From assembly GCA_024346625.1 (NCBI GenBank), contig AP024667.1:62001-126000 (forward strand): 64,000 nucleotides of DNA, read 5' to 3'. The notes below the pieces were generated by a model. It was not told the origin of the DNA and did no database searches. It saw only the letters and a program-made list of their open reading frames with translations. Positions 45,546 through 57,240 of this stretch are shown in pieces (positions within the stretch are counted from its first letter, which is position 1; each line of letters starts with the position of its first letter). Both the position numbers and the translations under genes were made by a program. Source of the stretch: Williopsis jadinii (lineage: Eukaryota).

Positions 45546-47210
45546 TCATGCATCTAATTGTAATTCTGATAGAAGTGCTTCGATCTTTGCCATGTCCATT
45601 TCATAATTGGAGTAGCCTGGTAATTGGTCGACTAAATCGTTCTTTTGCCCTTCGAATAGTCCGTCAAAATCAATGTTCCACTTCTTTGCCAAATAGAATC
45701 TGATATCATCAATCAATTCAATGGTATCAGTCTCTTGACGTATTGTGATCCTCTGTGCACTCTCTGAAACAATGTCGTGGAATTCTGGATCTTCTATGAA
45801 CTCGTCTAAATTAGATGCGATCTTCTTAGCGACAAAGTGTTCCAAACGTTCAACTCTGGTTTCCCAAGAGGCTCTCAAGATGTCATAGAGATCGTACCCA
45901 TCGGGCAGAGCTGGAGATGAAGTTATAGCAACGGCTGCCATCGTCTTCAGTCTATCATTCAATAAGAGGTCCCCGGCAAAGAGTACATCAACGGCATGGT
46001 CCAATGGTATATCGGTATGATCATAGTATAGAAATCTCAACACGATCTCCGCTATGTAATGGTTTGGGACCGGGAAATGCTGGATGCTCAATCGTGTCGA
46101 TCTATCAACTATTTGTAAATCTTCCAAGATAGAATAGTCCTGTGCTTCAGAAAATGAAGACGAGAACATAACTTTGAAGTATTCATCACGAATCAACACA
46201 GAACGATGCACTGGATAATAGGTGGACGTTGCTGTTTCTGAATCTGTAACGTAAAAGATCAGATCTGGGAATGCTGAACATGACTGTAATTGTTCAACTT
46301 GGTCATCTGAAATGTCAGATTGTATGGTTTCAATCTTGTTAGCAATGATGCTTGATTCAACAAAGTGCTTGAAATCCAATCTCGCAGACTCCAACAACGA
46401 CAGCTGTAGCTCTTTCATCAGCCTGGCAAAGTTCTTTGGGTCAACTATGTAGTTATTGTTCTGTAAGTTCTCAACCAGTTGTGTCAATTGCACTTTTCTA
46501 GCATATCGTAGCACCAGCTTCTGGTCTCCCCTTCTGAATTTGAAAGGGTCATGTGCCAGGTAGAGGTAGCCGATAACGAGTTTAAAGGCTTCTTCGTCAC
46601 AATCTGCCATTAAATGGATCACGTTCTTGTCTTTCCATTTGGTCAGCAGCTTCTCTCTAAAGTACTGGCTTCTTGCACTGAGCATAAACCTGTGGAGTCT
46701 AAGAGATTCAGCTCCACCAACGTCGAGCACAATGTCCTTCGTCAGAGGCTCATCCGACTCCAAGAGAGAACGAAGGTGCGATGCAAAGGGTAACGTTGTA
46801 TCCGTGGCCTTTGAGATGTCAAACGATATCAACAGGTTTCTAATAGAGTCAGTAAGCGCACCGTAGACACAGCGAACACCTTCGTATTTATCAGTATCAC
46901 ACACAGCACCTCTCTGTAGCAACAGTCTCACAACAGGTTCATGTCCACACAGCGAAGCCAGATACAGGGGAGTATAGTCGAACTCATCAACGTCATTGAC
47001 CTAAAAGATAGTCGGTTAGAAAGATCCATGGACATCGAAGGCACAGCAACATACTCACGTTAACACCTGTCAGTAAGAGTTTATCGACGCTATCGACATC
47101 ACCGATACGGCATGCCATACATAATTGGTCAAATAACGACACCATTGGGTTCTCTGGGCGCTTTTCTGGTTAGAACTGGCGTAATGTGGGCCTTTGGAGC
47201 TGTGAAATCA
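45546..47210 (-). CDS. Ankyrin-repeat + BTB protein (YIL001W/ABTB1 type); intron 47058-47001; start codon uncertain
   Basis: Spliced LFDQLCMACRIGD...GVN|VNDVDEFDYTPLYLASLCGHE; BTB motifs HRFMLSARS and VHRSVLIR; RQETDTIELIDDIR. The upstream ATGs at ~47210 and ~47146 are out of frame. Confidence 0.85.
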
Positions 47211-47330
47211 TATACCGGTTAGAGCAAAAAACACAGCAGCAGAAAAGGTAAACAAAGGCATAAACACCGTAAACGACAACGGCGGCATCGACAACGAATA
47301 GGGCGGTAGTGGGTTTAAACGTGGAGCAAG

Positions 47331-50096
47331 ATGAGAGTCTTCTTCAGGAACACACCAAGGTCATTTGCACTGGTGTCGAACGATTACGCGCTTATATTGC
47401 AAGCAGTTAGTCCTTCCGAATGCCTTATCGACTTCCAAAGAGCATCACATTCTTCATTGGAAGGGTATACAGAGATTGTGTCGCAGTTGTTCCATGGGTT
47501 GATTGGGATATTGTCCACCAAGAACCAGTTGTACTTTGCAGTGATCACTGAGCAGCTACAGGTTGGATCTCCGCGTCCATCTGAGGCTGTTTATAAGATA
47601 AGGGACTTGGAGTTCTATTGCTTATCATCATCCGACTATGATTCGTTGGTAACAAACAGGTTCAGAAGTGAGAATGCTGCCCAGAGGTATGAGATTGAGC
47701 ACCCATGCTCAAAGATCAAGAAGGTGTTCACCAAGGGGTTCCACTACTCGAGGGATTTCGATCTGACGAACGTATTGCAAGAACGTGGATTGGCACAGAG
47801 AGATTATCATCAGATGTTCAACAACTACGAGAAGAAGTATCTCTGGAATAGTACGTTGATCAGAGAGCTCTTGGCCTTCAGGAACAGAATTACCCAGGAT
47901 GAAAGAGACGCGTTCGATAGGTCTGAGTTCTTGACATTTCTCGTGCGAGGGTTTGTCAAGACCTTTAACGTATCACTTGACGGTGATGATGACTCTTTGA
48001 TAACGTTGATCTCAAGAATCTCTAGTGCAAAGTTATCTGGGCCATTTGGGATTGGTGGTGTCGATGAGGAAGGCCATGTCTCAAACTTCATCGAAACTGA
48101 GCTCTTAGTCTATAACAAGAATCATTACTTCTCCTATTCTCAGCTGAGAGGTAACGTTCCCTTGTTCTATGACGTTGAGAATCCATTTCTACAGAACAAG
48201 AAGATCAGCTTCCCAAGAACATCTGAGGTTAACGAGATGAGTTTCGATAAACATTTTGGCTCCATAACTGCCAGTCACGGCCAAGTCTACGTTGTCAATG
48301 CCCTCAAGAATAAAGCTGGCGAAGAGGAACTGAGTAATCGCTATCGGTATCTTGTGAAGAAGAAAGGGCTTCCATTAATTGATGCCGATATAACGAGAGA
48401 TACGTTAAAGAAGTCGCCTCATAAGCTTATCTATCTTTTGAAGGAGGCCATCCTGGAGATTGGTGCGTTCTGCTATGATATCAAACAAAAGGTTTACATT
48501 GGAAAACAGTTGGGCATCTTTAGAATCAACTCCTTAAACTCGATTGAGAAACCTGGTCTCATTGAAAAGGTAATCAGTAAGGAAGTTATGGATATCTCAC
48601 TGCGAGAGATGGGGTTGCTACTTTCAAGTGATTTACTGGTCAAGCACAATTTGTTATGGGATGAAAACAATAGTGCTTTGCTTCAAATCTATGAGAAGTC
48701 CATACGACGTAAGGATAAAAAGCTGTACGTTGGCGTCGCTTCAAACGATATAAGGTTGATTGATCCCATCCATGATTTCATTTGTGAGGAACTTCTAAAG
48801 AGGAAATCGGAGTATTCCAGCAAGAAGACAATCAGGTTGTTTACGGGTACTTTTAACGTCAATGCTGAAACGACGGATGAAGATCTGTCGTCGTGGATAT
48901 TCCCACACCAAGATGAGGTATACGATCTTGCGGTTATTGGACTGGAGGAGGTTGTTGAGTTGACCACGAGTCAAATGCTAAACACCAGTAGTTTACAGAA
49001 GAAGAAATGGGAATACAAGCTGAAGAAAACTCTAGGACAAAGAAACCGGTATTCATTAGTCTCGTCTGAGCAATTGGGTGGTATTGCACTCATGATATTT
49101 ATCAGAGAAGATCAAATTGATCAGATCAAAGAGGTCGAGTCGTCTCTAAAGAAGACTGGAATGGCTGGAATGTCTGCGAATAAAGGAGGTATAGGTTCAA
49201 GCATACTTTATTCATCAACCAGATTGTGCTTTATATGTTCACACCTTGCAGCTGGTATGGAAAACGTTGAACAGAGACACATAGACTATAAGACAATTGC
49301 ACAGAGTATGAGGTTTGGGGGTAAACGCACTGTTAAAGACCACGATGCGGTGATATGGTTTGGTGATTTCAACTACAGAATTGACCTTAACAACGAACAA
49401 GTGAGAGATGCAATCCAAAGGAAACAATACACAGTGTTGTTTGAGCACGATCAGCTAAACAAGCAGATGATTTCAGGGGAATCGTTCCCATATTTTAACG
49501 AGATGGAGATCAAATTCCCACCAACGTACAAGTTCAATAAGGGGACTTCCCACTACGATACGAGTGAGAAATTCCGTATCCCAGCATGGACTGATCGAAT
49601 CTTGAGCAAGTCCCATGAGGGTACACTCATGCAGTTGTCATACGGCGACGCACCGGATATTAAATTCTCAGACCATCGACCAGTGTATGCTACGTTCGAT
49701 GCAACAGTTGTTGTAATTGATGAAAAGAAGCAAGATAGGTTGACAAAAGAGTTATACGAGAAGAGGAAGTTACAACTCTTGGGCCAACCGTTGACGATAG
49801 GCAACGGTGGCATTGGCGATCATCAACAACAGCAGCTACAGCAGCAGCAGCAACAACAGCACCAACCTCATCAACATCAACAGCCACAGCAGCAGCAGCA
49901 ACAGCTGACACCCACATTGGTATCACATACGTCGAAGGCACACGGACTACCACCTCCAAGCACTGACCGAGTTAAATGGTGGTTGGACGGAGGTGTAAAG
50001 GTGACTGTTCCGTCCAGCGAGGGAAAGACCAAAGTGAACCCCCATAGGGAGATCAACCCGTTCATAGATAGTGACATCCCTGAGTTCATTATCTAG
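47331..50096 (+). CDS. INP51: Synaptojanin-like phosphoinositide 5-phosphatase with degenerate Sac1 domain
   Basis: NFIETE, QLRGNVP, GTFNVN, WFGDFNYRI, PAWTDRIL, SDHRPV; next to a YIL001W homolog. Confidence 0.9.
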   Translation: MRVFFRNTPRSFALVSNDYALILQAVSPSECLIDFQRASHSSLEGYTEIVSQLFHGLIGILSTKNQLYFAVITEQLQVGSPRPSEAVYKIRDLEFYCLSSSDYDSLVTNRFRSENAAQRYEIEHPCSKIKKVFTKGFHYSRDFDLTNVLQERGLAQRDYHQMFNNYEKKYLWNSTLIRELLAFRNRITQDERDAFDRSEFLTFLVRGFVKTFNVSLDGDDDSLITLISRISSAKLSGPFGIGGVDEEGHVSNFIETELLVYNKNHYFSYSQLRGNVPLFYDVENPFLQNKKISFPRTSEVNEMSFDKHFGSITASHGQVYVVNALKNKAGEEELSNRYRYLVKKKGLPLIDADITRDTLKKSPHKLIYLLKEAILEIGAFCYDIKQKVYIGKQLGIFRINSLNSIEKPGLIEKVISKEVMDISLREMGLLLSSDLLVKHNLLWDENNSALLQIYEKSIRRKDKKLYVGVASNDIRLIDPIHDFICEELLKRKSEYSSKKTIRLFTGTFNVNAETTDEDLSSWIFPHQDEVYDLAVIGLEEVVELTTSQMLNTSSLQKKKWEYKLKKTLGQRNRYSLVSSEQLGGIALMIFIREDQIDQIKEVESSLKKTGMAGMSANKGGIGSSILYSSTRLCFICSHLAAGMENVEQRHIDYKTIAQSMRFGGKRTVKDHDAVIWFGDFNYRIDLNNEQVRDAIQRKQYTVLFEHDQLNKQMISGESFPYFNEMEIKFPPTYKFNKGTSHYDTSEKFRIPAWTDRILSKSHEGTLMQLSYGDAPDIKFSDHRPVYATFDATVVVIDEKKQDRLTKELYEKRKLQLLGQPLTIGNGGIGDHQQQQLQQQQQQQHQPHQHQQPQQQQQQLTPTLVSHTSKAHGLPPPSTDRVKWWLDGGVKVTVPSSEGKTKVNPHREINPFIDSDIPEFII
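49823..49904 (+). repeat. CAG/CAA polyglutamine tract in the INP51 C-terminus
   Basis: QQQQLQQQQQQQHQPHQHQQPQQQQQQ. Confidence 0.85.
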
Positions 50097-50104
50097 GCTT
50101 CTAT

Positions 50105-50302
50105 TCATTTCTTGGGATCCTGTGACTCCGACGGTTGAGGTTGAGCAATGTCTTCAGCCTCTTGTAGTAAAGCATCCAGGTGCTCCTCTAAGGAATCCAG
50201 CATCTTTTCCAATTCATCTGCTCTCTTCTCACCTTCATTGAGCCGTTTCAAAGCATCCGCAAATGTCTCTTTGAACTCCTGTGATTGGTCTTCTTGAGTC
50301 AT
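50105..50302 (-). CDS. Small coiled-coil protein, YIL002W-A-like
   Basis: LNEGEKRADELEKMLDSLEEHLDALL resembles YIL002W-A; syntenic next to INP51. Confidence 0.7.
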   Translation of the reverse strand: MTQEDQSQEFKETFADALKRLNEGEKRADELEKMLDSLEEHLDALLQEAEDIAQPQPSESQDPKK

Positions 50303-50519
50303 TCTATGAGTATCTATGTGTGTCTTCTTTGCTTGTTGAAGCGTTCAATGTTGATGGAAGTGGGAAGAAGTAGACGGGCATGTTCGCGAAGTTGTATTTT
50401 TTGTATGGGTGTGAACGCCCTTTTTTTTCACCGAGACGTGGCATCAGTTTAAACCAACAAACAACGTGCTTAACGCGGTTCAACAGGCATATTTGTTACC
50501 AATTGAACAGGAATTAACA

Positions 50520-51770
50520 ATGCTCTCACTCCTGGTGCTGCTCTTGCAAGTGTGCGTAACGCTTGCGTCGTCCTTGAAGGGACCGCAAGTGTTGTTTGTG
50601 TACGATGATAAGCTATCGCCATTGGAGTCGTATACCGATATCGTGTCTCGTCTTGAGGATGATGGATTCCAGGTTGAAACCGCTGATGCGGGTAGCGATG
50701 TCTCATTGCAAACCAATGGTGTGTTTAAGTACCAGCACGTTGTGCTGCTACCATCAAAGCAGAGAAGATTGGGTTCTGATATTACCGGAGCTCAGTTGGT
50801 TGAGTTCTTCAACGCTGGGGGCGACGTCTTAGCATTCACGTCGCCACTGGGTGTCTCTGAAGCCGTGAGAACCTTTTTGAATGAGCTTGGTATCTATCCA
50901 TCTCCAAAGGGTCAAGAATTGACCGATCATTTCCAGTCAAATGGCGAATCCGGATTGGACAACGTTGTTACTGTTAAAGGTGACCAATACTCTTTAATCA
51001 TCCCATCATCTGACTCTTTCAAATACTCAGGTTCTGCTGCTTTGCTTTCAAACAACCCAAAATTGACTCCGTTGATCTCTGCCCCTGCCACCTCCTTCAC
51101 AAAGCCTTCAAAGCAGGAGGATCCATGGACTCAAGGTCAGCAGGGCTTTCTCGCAGCTGTGTTCCAAGGTTTGAACGATGCAAGAGTCTCGTGGGTTGGT
51201 GATTCCAAGCTTGTTTCTAACGAGGGATTGAAGCAAGTTGATGCTCACTCTTTGATCCAGTGGACATTTGGCGAGACAAACGTTCTCAGAATCAAAAACA
51301 GTTCTCATTCCCATGTTGATGGAACCACGTATCAAGAGAGACCTTACAAGATTACTGATGATATCCATTACGAGGCTACGATTGAGCAGTGGAATGGTGT
51401 AGAGTGGATTCCATTTGTATCTGACAAAGTCCAACTCGAGGTCAAGTTGTTAGATCCTTATCACAGACTCACATTCACCAACGTGTCATCCGATGGAGTT
51501 TATTCAATCGATTTCAAATTGCCTGACCACCACGGTGTCTTCACCTTCCAAATGGAGTTCAAACAACCATTGTACACTTATTTGGAACACAAGGACGTGC
51601 TGAGTATTAGACATCTGGCCAACGATGAGTACCCAAGATCCTGGGAAATCACATCAGCTTGGGTATACATCACGTCCAGCGTGGTTGTCTTCACAGCATG
51701 GTTCGTCTTTGTATTGGCATTTCTTTACCTTAGGGATGAAACCACCGTCACTGATAAGAAGGAGAAATGA
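50520..51770 (+). CDS. WBP1: Oligosaccharyltransferase beta subunit
   Basis: Signal peptide, LDPYHRL, FKLPDHHGVFTF, RHLANDEYPRSW, TM segment, KKEK ER-retrieval tail. Confidence 0.95.
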   Translation: MLSLLVLLLQVCVTLASSLKGPQVLFVYDDKLSPLESYTDIVSRLEDDGFQVETADAGSDVSLQTNGVFKYQHVVLLPSKQRRLGSDITGAQLVEFFNAGGDVLAFTSPLGVSEAVRTFLNELGIYPSPKGQELTDHFQSNGESGLDNVVTVKGDQYSLIIPSSDSFKYSGSAALLSNNPKLTPLISAPATSFTKPSKQEDPWTQGQQGFLAAVFQGLNDARVSWVGDSKLVSNEGLKQVDAHSLIQWTFGETNVLRIKNSSHSHVDGTTYQERPYKITDDIHYEATIEQWNGVEWIPFVSDKVQLEVKLLDPYHRLTFTNVSSDGVYSIDFKLPDHHGVFTFQMEFKQPLYTYLEHKDVLSIRHLANDEYPRSWEITSAWVYITSSVVVFTAWFVFVLAFLYLRDETTVTDKKEK

Positions 51771-52170
51771 TCTACGCCTATTCTCCTCCAACTGAGAACA
51801 AACATCCAAAACAAAATAAATTCGAGCGACAAAAGGATGATAACCTGTTCAATGTTCTTTTTTTTTTCCACTTTCCTTTCTTTCCCAGTTGGGTGTACTG
51901 TTTTTGTATAAAAAAGGGTTCAGCATAGAAATACATATATGCAATGGTTAATATAGTAGTAACTGCAAAAAAGCAAACAAACAACAAACAATTAATAAAA
52001 CAATAAAGCAAACAGCAAACGATCAATCAAAATGCAAAAAAAAACACAAATTATATCAAAAATAGTCATAGTCAATAGGTGAGTGTAGCGGAAGGAGGGA
52101 GAGGAGGGCAAGTTTCGTGGTATTGAGCCATAACTTCTTTAACTTTTAACTGTTCATTCATATCAGTCCC

Positions 52171-52881
52171 TCAAAGCTTTCTAAATTCGTTCAACACAGG
52201 GTAGATGGCTTCAAACGCCTGGTAAATCTCTTCTCTTTGTTTCGCACCTGTCAACACGATCTTACCAGAGACAAAGATCAAAAGCACAATCTTCGGTTTA
52301 ACCATTCTATAAATCAAACCTGGGAACAATTCTGGTTCATAAGAGGAAAAGGGCCCGTGCGAGAATGCCAAACCTTCCAATCTAATTGGGAACTTCACGT
52401 CACACGACCCAACAATGTTCTGGATCTTGAAATCGGTGAATTTCGCATTGAATCCCAACTTTTGGATGATTCTCGCATATTTTCTCGACGCCAACTTCGA
52501 GTCGTCCTCCGATTTGGCACCAGTGACAACCATCTTACCAGAGGCAAAGATAAGCGCCGTTGTTTTTGGTTCTCTAATACGCATAATGACGGCGGCAAAA
52601 CGCTTAGGGTTGTACTCAGCGTTTCTGGCGTGTAGCGCTATCGTCTTCAAGTCCAAGCGGCAGTCCAAGTTCACGGTGGCAACGATGTTCTGTAGCGTTG
52701 GCACGATTCCTGAAGTTGTGGAGTCATCTTCTTCTTCAACAGCGGGCGGGATCGCAACCTCACCCTGTTGCTCAGATTTCAAATCTCCCAAGTCCTGTTG
52801 AGCAGATGGGTACCCAAACGAGCCCGACGCCGTGAATAGTTTGGCATCCTCAACGGTCTGCGGTGTCTTGAAGGAGTCCAT
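52171..52881 (-). CDS. SPT15: TATA-binding protein
   Basis: [16 protein letters not shown]...[13 protein letters not shown] core repeats. Confidence 0.99.
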   Translation of the reverse strand: MDSFKTPQTVEDAKLFTASGSFGYPSAQQDLGDLKSEQQGEVAIPPAVEEEDDSTTSGIVPTLQNIVATVNLDCRLDLKTIALHARNAEYNPKRFAAVIMRIREPKTTALIFASGKMVVTGAKSEDDSKLASRKYARIIQKLGFNAKFTDFKIQNIVGSCDVKFPIRLEGLAFSHGPFSSYEPELFPGLIYRMVKPKIVLLIFVSGKIVLTGAKQREEIYQAFEAIYPVLNEFRKL

Positions 52882-53446
52882 TGGGCTGGGAATGTTGTGT
52901 TAAAAAGGGTGAGAAAATAGGCAAAACAAAAAACAACAACACAAACACTTTCAGTTGATGACAGTGTGTGCACGGGGACGGCTGTTGAGAAAGGTAAACA
53001 AACAAAACAAAACAATAAACAAAGATAGGCACAAAGGGATGGCTTTGTGGTCTTTTCTCCTTAGTAACTGTGGTAACCTAAGAAAAAGGTTGGAAGCTTT
53101 GCGAAAAAAGAAACCCGAATTGATCTCAAAGAGGAAAGTTTCCGCTTTTGTCCAACTTCACGGTGAATTTGCAAAGTTCGATGTGTGTTTTTTCTTGCGC
53201 CGTTTCGGATCGCTCGCCAAAACGCCAAAAAACACACACATGCCCAAAAGTGCGAAACGGGTTCCTTTTATAGTCGCGTCTGCCATTTGCGAGTCGGGCT
53301 TTTCAACTCTTTTTTTTCGTCCTTTGTTTTCTGTTTACCCAAGCGCTGAGCTTTGACATTTGAAGGTTAAGCGCTGAGCTCAGGTAAACATCACCGCTGT
53401 CTATTCAACACCGGTCTATAAATCTCTGGTGAGAAAGCAAGCAAAC

Positions 53447-53776
53447 ATGTCATCCGCTGGGTTGCAAGAACAGTACAACAACTATCAGACGACTCTCACA
53501 GATATCCAGGCAAAGATCCAAGAGCTCAGGATGGATGCCGAGGAGAATCGCATAGTGAAGAACACGTTAGAAACCACTGATCCCTCGAGACGGTGTTTCC
53601 GTATGGTTGGTGGTGTCCTTGTACAGAGCAACGTCGAGGAGACGCTACCCGTGTTGGACTTGAAGCTGGCCAACCTACAGAAGGCGATCCAGCAGTTGTC
53701 GACAGAGGCCGTGAAGTTGAACGAGGAGTTCACAAACTGGAAGAAGGAAAAGAACATCAAAGTCATCAAGCAGTGA
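53447..53776 (+). CDS. GIM4: Prefoldin subunit 2
   Basis: LQEQYN..Q, RRCFRMVGGVLV, WKKEKNIKVIK. Confidence 0.93.
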   Translation: MSSAGLQEQYNNYQTTLTDIQAKIQELRMDAEENRIVKNTLETTDPSRRCFRMVGGVLVQSNVEETLPVLDLKLANLQKAIQQLSTEAVKLNEEFTNWKKEKNIKVIKQ

Positions 53777-53844
53777 GCTTCGGGTACTTACTACACCTCT
53801 TAGAGAGTATACAAGTAGATTTTGTATATATTTAAATACATCCT

Positions 53845-56421
53845 CTATACTTTTTGGTACATCAAGATATATGCGGTCTTGACATCTTCTTCATCTCCTT
53901 TAACCAAAACATCGTCAGGTTTCAAGTTATGGATTGTAACATCGTCAATTCTAACCCATTCACCTTCAACGCTTCGTAGAACATCAACAGTGTAGTGGCC
54001 ACCATTGGAACCCATGCCGTGATGATATACAACACCGGTTAGCTTGTATTGGAATCCATCTGGGTTAAACTTGCGCGTTCTAGGCGATAAGCTCTTTGTA
54101 GGTATTTGGAAAAGATGAGGATACTGAATCTTCTTCTTCAGTTTCTCAACACGACCACTAGACTCGAATGAAAATCTCTTTAGATGAATGATCAACACCT
54201 CTGGTAGTTGGTCAACAAACGTCTGCTTCTTTGCAACAACTTCAACTCCTTTGCTGGTCTTCATTGGAATCTCTTCAACATGCGAAATTTGGACAAATGC
54301 ATCCTCCAAAGTTTTGATGTCAGGATCAGAGATATCCAATTGCACTTGTTGAAATGGATCCAGCGTTATGCTCTGTGCTTCTTTATTCTTTGGTATAGTC
54401 AATACACTTCTGAATGAGCCACCAAATATACGCCTTATAGGCGAAGGCTTCACTTCAACAGTACGTTTAGCAGTGAATCTCTTCTTCTTTTTCTCAGATC
54501 CAACTTCTTGCCATTCTCCACCATTAAATTCATCGTTATGGTCATATGCATTAATATTATCATCGTCATCAGCATCAACGTCATCGTCATCGTCATCGTC
54601 ATAGTGATCATCTACGTTCCCATCGTTCTTCCCAGAAGACTCTGATGAGTTGAACTCACCAACGTGGAATTTACGAAGATTCATGAGAACCTTTTGTCTC
54701 GAAGACTCATCCAAAGTCTTTGTAAACTGTTTAATCTCATCGTCTGTAAGAGACTTCACGTTGGAAGTAAACTCCTCGTGCAATCCATCCAACAGAAATC
54801 CAAGAAACTCCTCTGCATCTTCTTGCTGTCCCCACTTCAAGTGTTGGAAACGGCTACTCTTTGAAATAGCTTTGAAGAACTCCACCGGTGTGAAAGACTC
54901 GCCAAACTCTCTCTGTGGTGTCGCTTCTCTATCATGTTGGCTTCTCTGGGTATTCGAATTGGACAGGCTATTAATGTCATCCAGGTTCACGTTGAAATTG
55001 TTGTAGAAATCCACCGTGGCATCAAACAGTGGGGACTTGGAATTGCTGGTCATCAACGTATGCATGGTCTTTTTGGCGATAACGTTCAATGTCTTGTAGA
55101 ACGGTACACAGTATAGTAGCAATTGCATGATGGAGCTCATAAAGCAGATGTTACCGGTATTGACCAAACCTCTAGGTACAATCTTCGGTAGCTTAACGCT
55201 ATCAATGTATTTGGAGAACGCATCGTCAAACATAAACCTTAGAACAACTACTCCCAGAGGTTCCATGACATTTGGCAGAACTGGTATTAGTCTCTCCTCA
55301 CGTTTTGGCTGGATTTGAACTTGGGGAGATGCGGGTGACGAAGTGGAGGGAGTTGGGGTTTGAGGTACAACTTTCTTTGCAGCGTTCGACGCCACTGCAG
55401 CCCAATTAAACGAAGGTCTGGATGATGTTTGTTGAAATGGTGTGTGTGGTTGAGCTTCAACTTCAGAGAAGTCAACTTCAGGAGTTTGTTCTTTCACCTG
55501 TTCCACGATATCGACATCTTCTTCGTCTGCTTCCGAGTGTGTTTCTTCTGTAGGTTTTTGTCTCTTCTTCAGCTCGAGGTAATCGAACGCACGCTTGAGG
55601 AAGACAGCAGCATCATCGCCAAATATGATTGGGGTTTTATTAGCATTGTTGTTCTGGATCGAGCAGTCAAAGTAGAATCCATGATCGTTTCTTCTCGAAG
55701 TACTATCCACTCCATTTTCTTCAGTGTCTTGCTTGGCGGCTCCTTCTCCAGTAACGGACGTGGTTTCAGTGCTGTGCAAATTATCGGACGAGTCTTTCGA
55801 AGTGGCTGGGGTGTTCTGTATCGTTGAGGCGGGACCCGACTCCTGCGTTGATTCCGATACAGAGGTGCTTGTCCTTGTGATAGTCAAGCTCGAGTTGTCC
55901 GACGAAGGCGTTGATGGTGCTGATCCATCAGCTAATATGCTATTTTGTTGTGGTTGTTGTGGTTGTACTTCACTCTTGGACTCATTTTGCGATGGTTGTT
56001 TAGAGGGCACAAATGCCTTCACTGAGCTAGCGTTGAACTTCTTCTTCACACGCTGTTGCTGCTGTTGATGTTGATATTGCTGCTGCTGCTGTTGGCGATG
56101 ATGATGCAATTGTTGTTGATGCAAATGTGGCGACATGTGTGGATCGAACTGTGTCGACGCCATCTGTGGAACCCCAATAGGATACATATGAGGGTACGCA
56201 ACCATCTGTGCGTAGTCGTACCCACCATAAGGGTACCCTTGAATAGCACCAGGTGGTGGTACGAAATGCCCGGGATGGTATTGTATCGGTATTGCTGGAG
56301 GGATTGGCCCCGCTGGATAGTACGCGTGGGGCCCCGGATGGCCATGGCTCGGCACCTGCTGTTGCTGTGCCTGTTGCTGCTGTTGTTGCTGCTGTTGGGG
56401 TGGTTGTTGCATGTTATTCAT
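53845..56421 (-). CDS. UBP3: Ubiquitin-specific protease Ubp3
   Basis: PRGLVNTGNICFMSS Cys box, QQEDAEEFL, YHHG...GGHY His box; Q/P-rich N-terminus. Confidence 0.93.
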   Translation of the reverse strand: MNNMQQPPQQQQQQQQQAQQQQVPSHGHPGPHAYYPAGPIPPAIPIQYHPGHFVPPPGAIQGYPYGGYDYAQMVAYPHMYPIGVPQMASTQFDPHMSPHLHQQQLHHHRQQQQQQYQHQQQQQRVKKKFNASSVKAFVPSKQPSQNESKSEVQPQQPQQNSILADGSAPSTPSSDNSSLTITRTSTSVSESTQESGPASTIQNTPATSKDSSDNLHSTETTSVTGEGAAKQDTEENGVDSTSRRNDHGFYFDCSIQNNNANKTPIIFGDDAAVFLKRAFDYLELKKRQKPTEETHSEADEEDVDIVEQVKEQTPEVDFSEVEAQPHTPFQQTSSRPSFNWAAVASNAAKKVVPQTPTPSTSSPASPQVQIQPKREERLIPVLPNVMEPLGVVVLRFMFDDAFSKYIDSVKLPKIVPRGLVNTGNICFMSSIMQLLLYCVPFYKTLNVIAKKTMHTLMTSNSKSPLFDATVDFYNNFNVNLDDINSLSNSNTQRSQHDREATPQREFGESFTPVEFFKAISKSSRFQHLKWGQQEDAEEFLGFLLDGLHEEFTSNVKSLTDDEIKQFTKTLDESSRQKVLMNLRKFHVGEFNSSESSGKNDGNVDDHYDDDDDDDVDADDDDNINAYDHNDEFNGGEWQEVGSEKKKKRFTAKRTVEVKPSPIRRIFGGSFRSVLTIPKNKEAQSITLDPFQQVQLDISDPDIKTLEDAFVQISHVEEIPMKTSKGVEVVAKKQTFVDQLPEVLIIHLKRFSFESSGRVEKLKKKIQYPHLFQIPTKSLSPRTRKFNPDGFQYKLTGVVYHHGMGSNGGHYTVDVLRSVEGEWVRIDDVTIHNLKPDDVLVKGDEEDVKTAYILMYQKV

Positions 56422-56766
56422 AATTCCATAGTACTATTCTGTTGGGATGAGTCAAGACAGCGGTGAGAGTAAAACGATAAGCCTCCGTGTGGGTATACAA
56501 TTAATGGTCTTGATGTTCACCCAGCGAATATAGAAAGAGCAGGCTGCTTAAGAAGGAGGATGGAAATGCTAGTATTAAACAAGAAGAATAAGTGGAGTGA
56601 AAGTATGCAATTTCCTCTCTCTGAATTATCAACTCCTTCAAATTTTACTTTGTTTATAATCGCTGGAAAAAGGAGGGAAAAAACTGAAAAAAAAGAACAA
56701 CTGAGCCTTTTTTGTTCAACAGAGATTTTTTTCTTTCGATTTCTGATTTGCGCTGTGTCTCTTTTT

Positions 56767-56839
56767 GGACGAAAATGGCAGGACGAAAATGGCAGGACGA
56801 CACTAGCAGGACGACAATGGCAGGACGACAATGGCAGGA
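56767..56839 (+). repeat. Non-coding 14-bp tandem repeat x5 (GGACGAMAATGGCA)
   Basis: Units start at 56767, 56781, 56795 (variant), 56809 and 56823. Confidence 0.9.
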
Positions 56840-57240
56840 ACAACGACAGCGTTTGCTAGCGAGAAATGGCAAACAGCTCAAACAGTGTAAGTGCTGGATG
56901 AGTCAAGCAACAATTTAGCTGGCTTGTGGTAACGATTTGACCCCTCTTATATAAACAATGGTGGGGAAAGTGACAGTAAGAGAAGAACAAATCAGTCACT
57001 TGATCTTCTCAACATTGAACAGATTTGAGGAGGTTCGTAAAGGGGAGTTTTTCGCTTGTTTTTCGCGCTAAAAAATTGTCGTTTGTCGCTTGTCGTTTTT
57101 TGTTTTTTGTTTTTTCGCTTCTTTTTTCACTTTCGCAATTTGTCGAACGAAAAATTTCCGCCTGAGAGAGCTTTTTGGTTGAAACTCCTCGATTAGGTAT
57201 ATTACTGTTTCCAGTAACTACATAATTGCATCAAAGAGAT

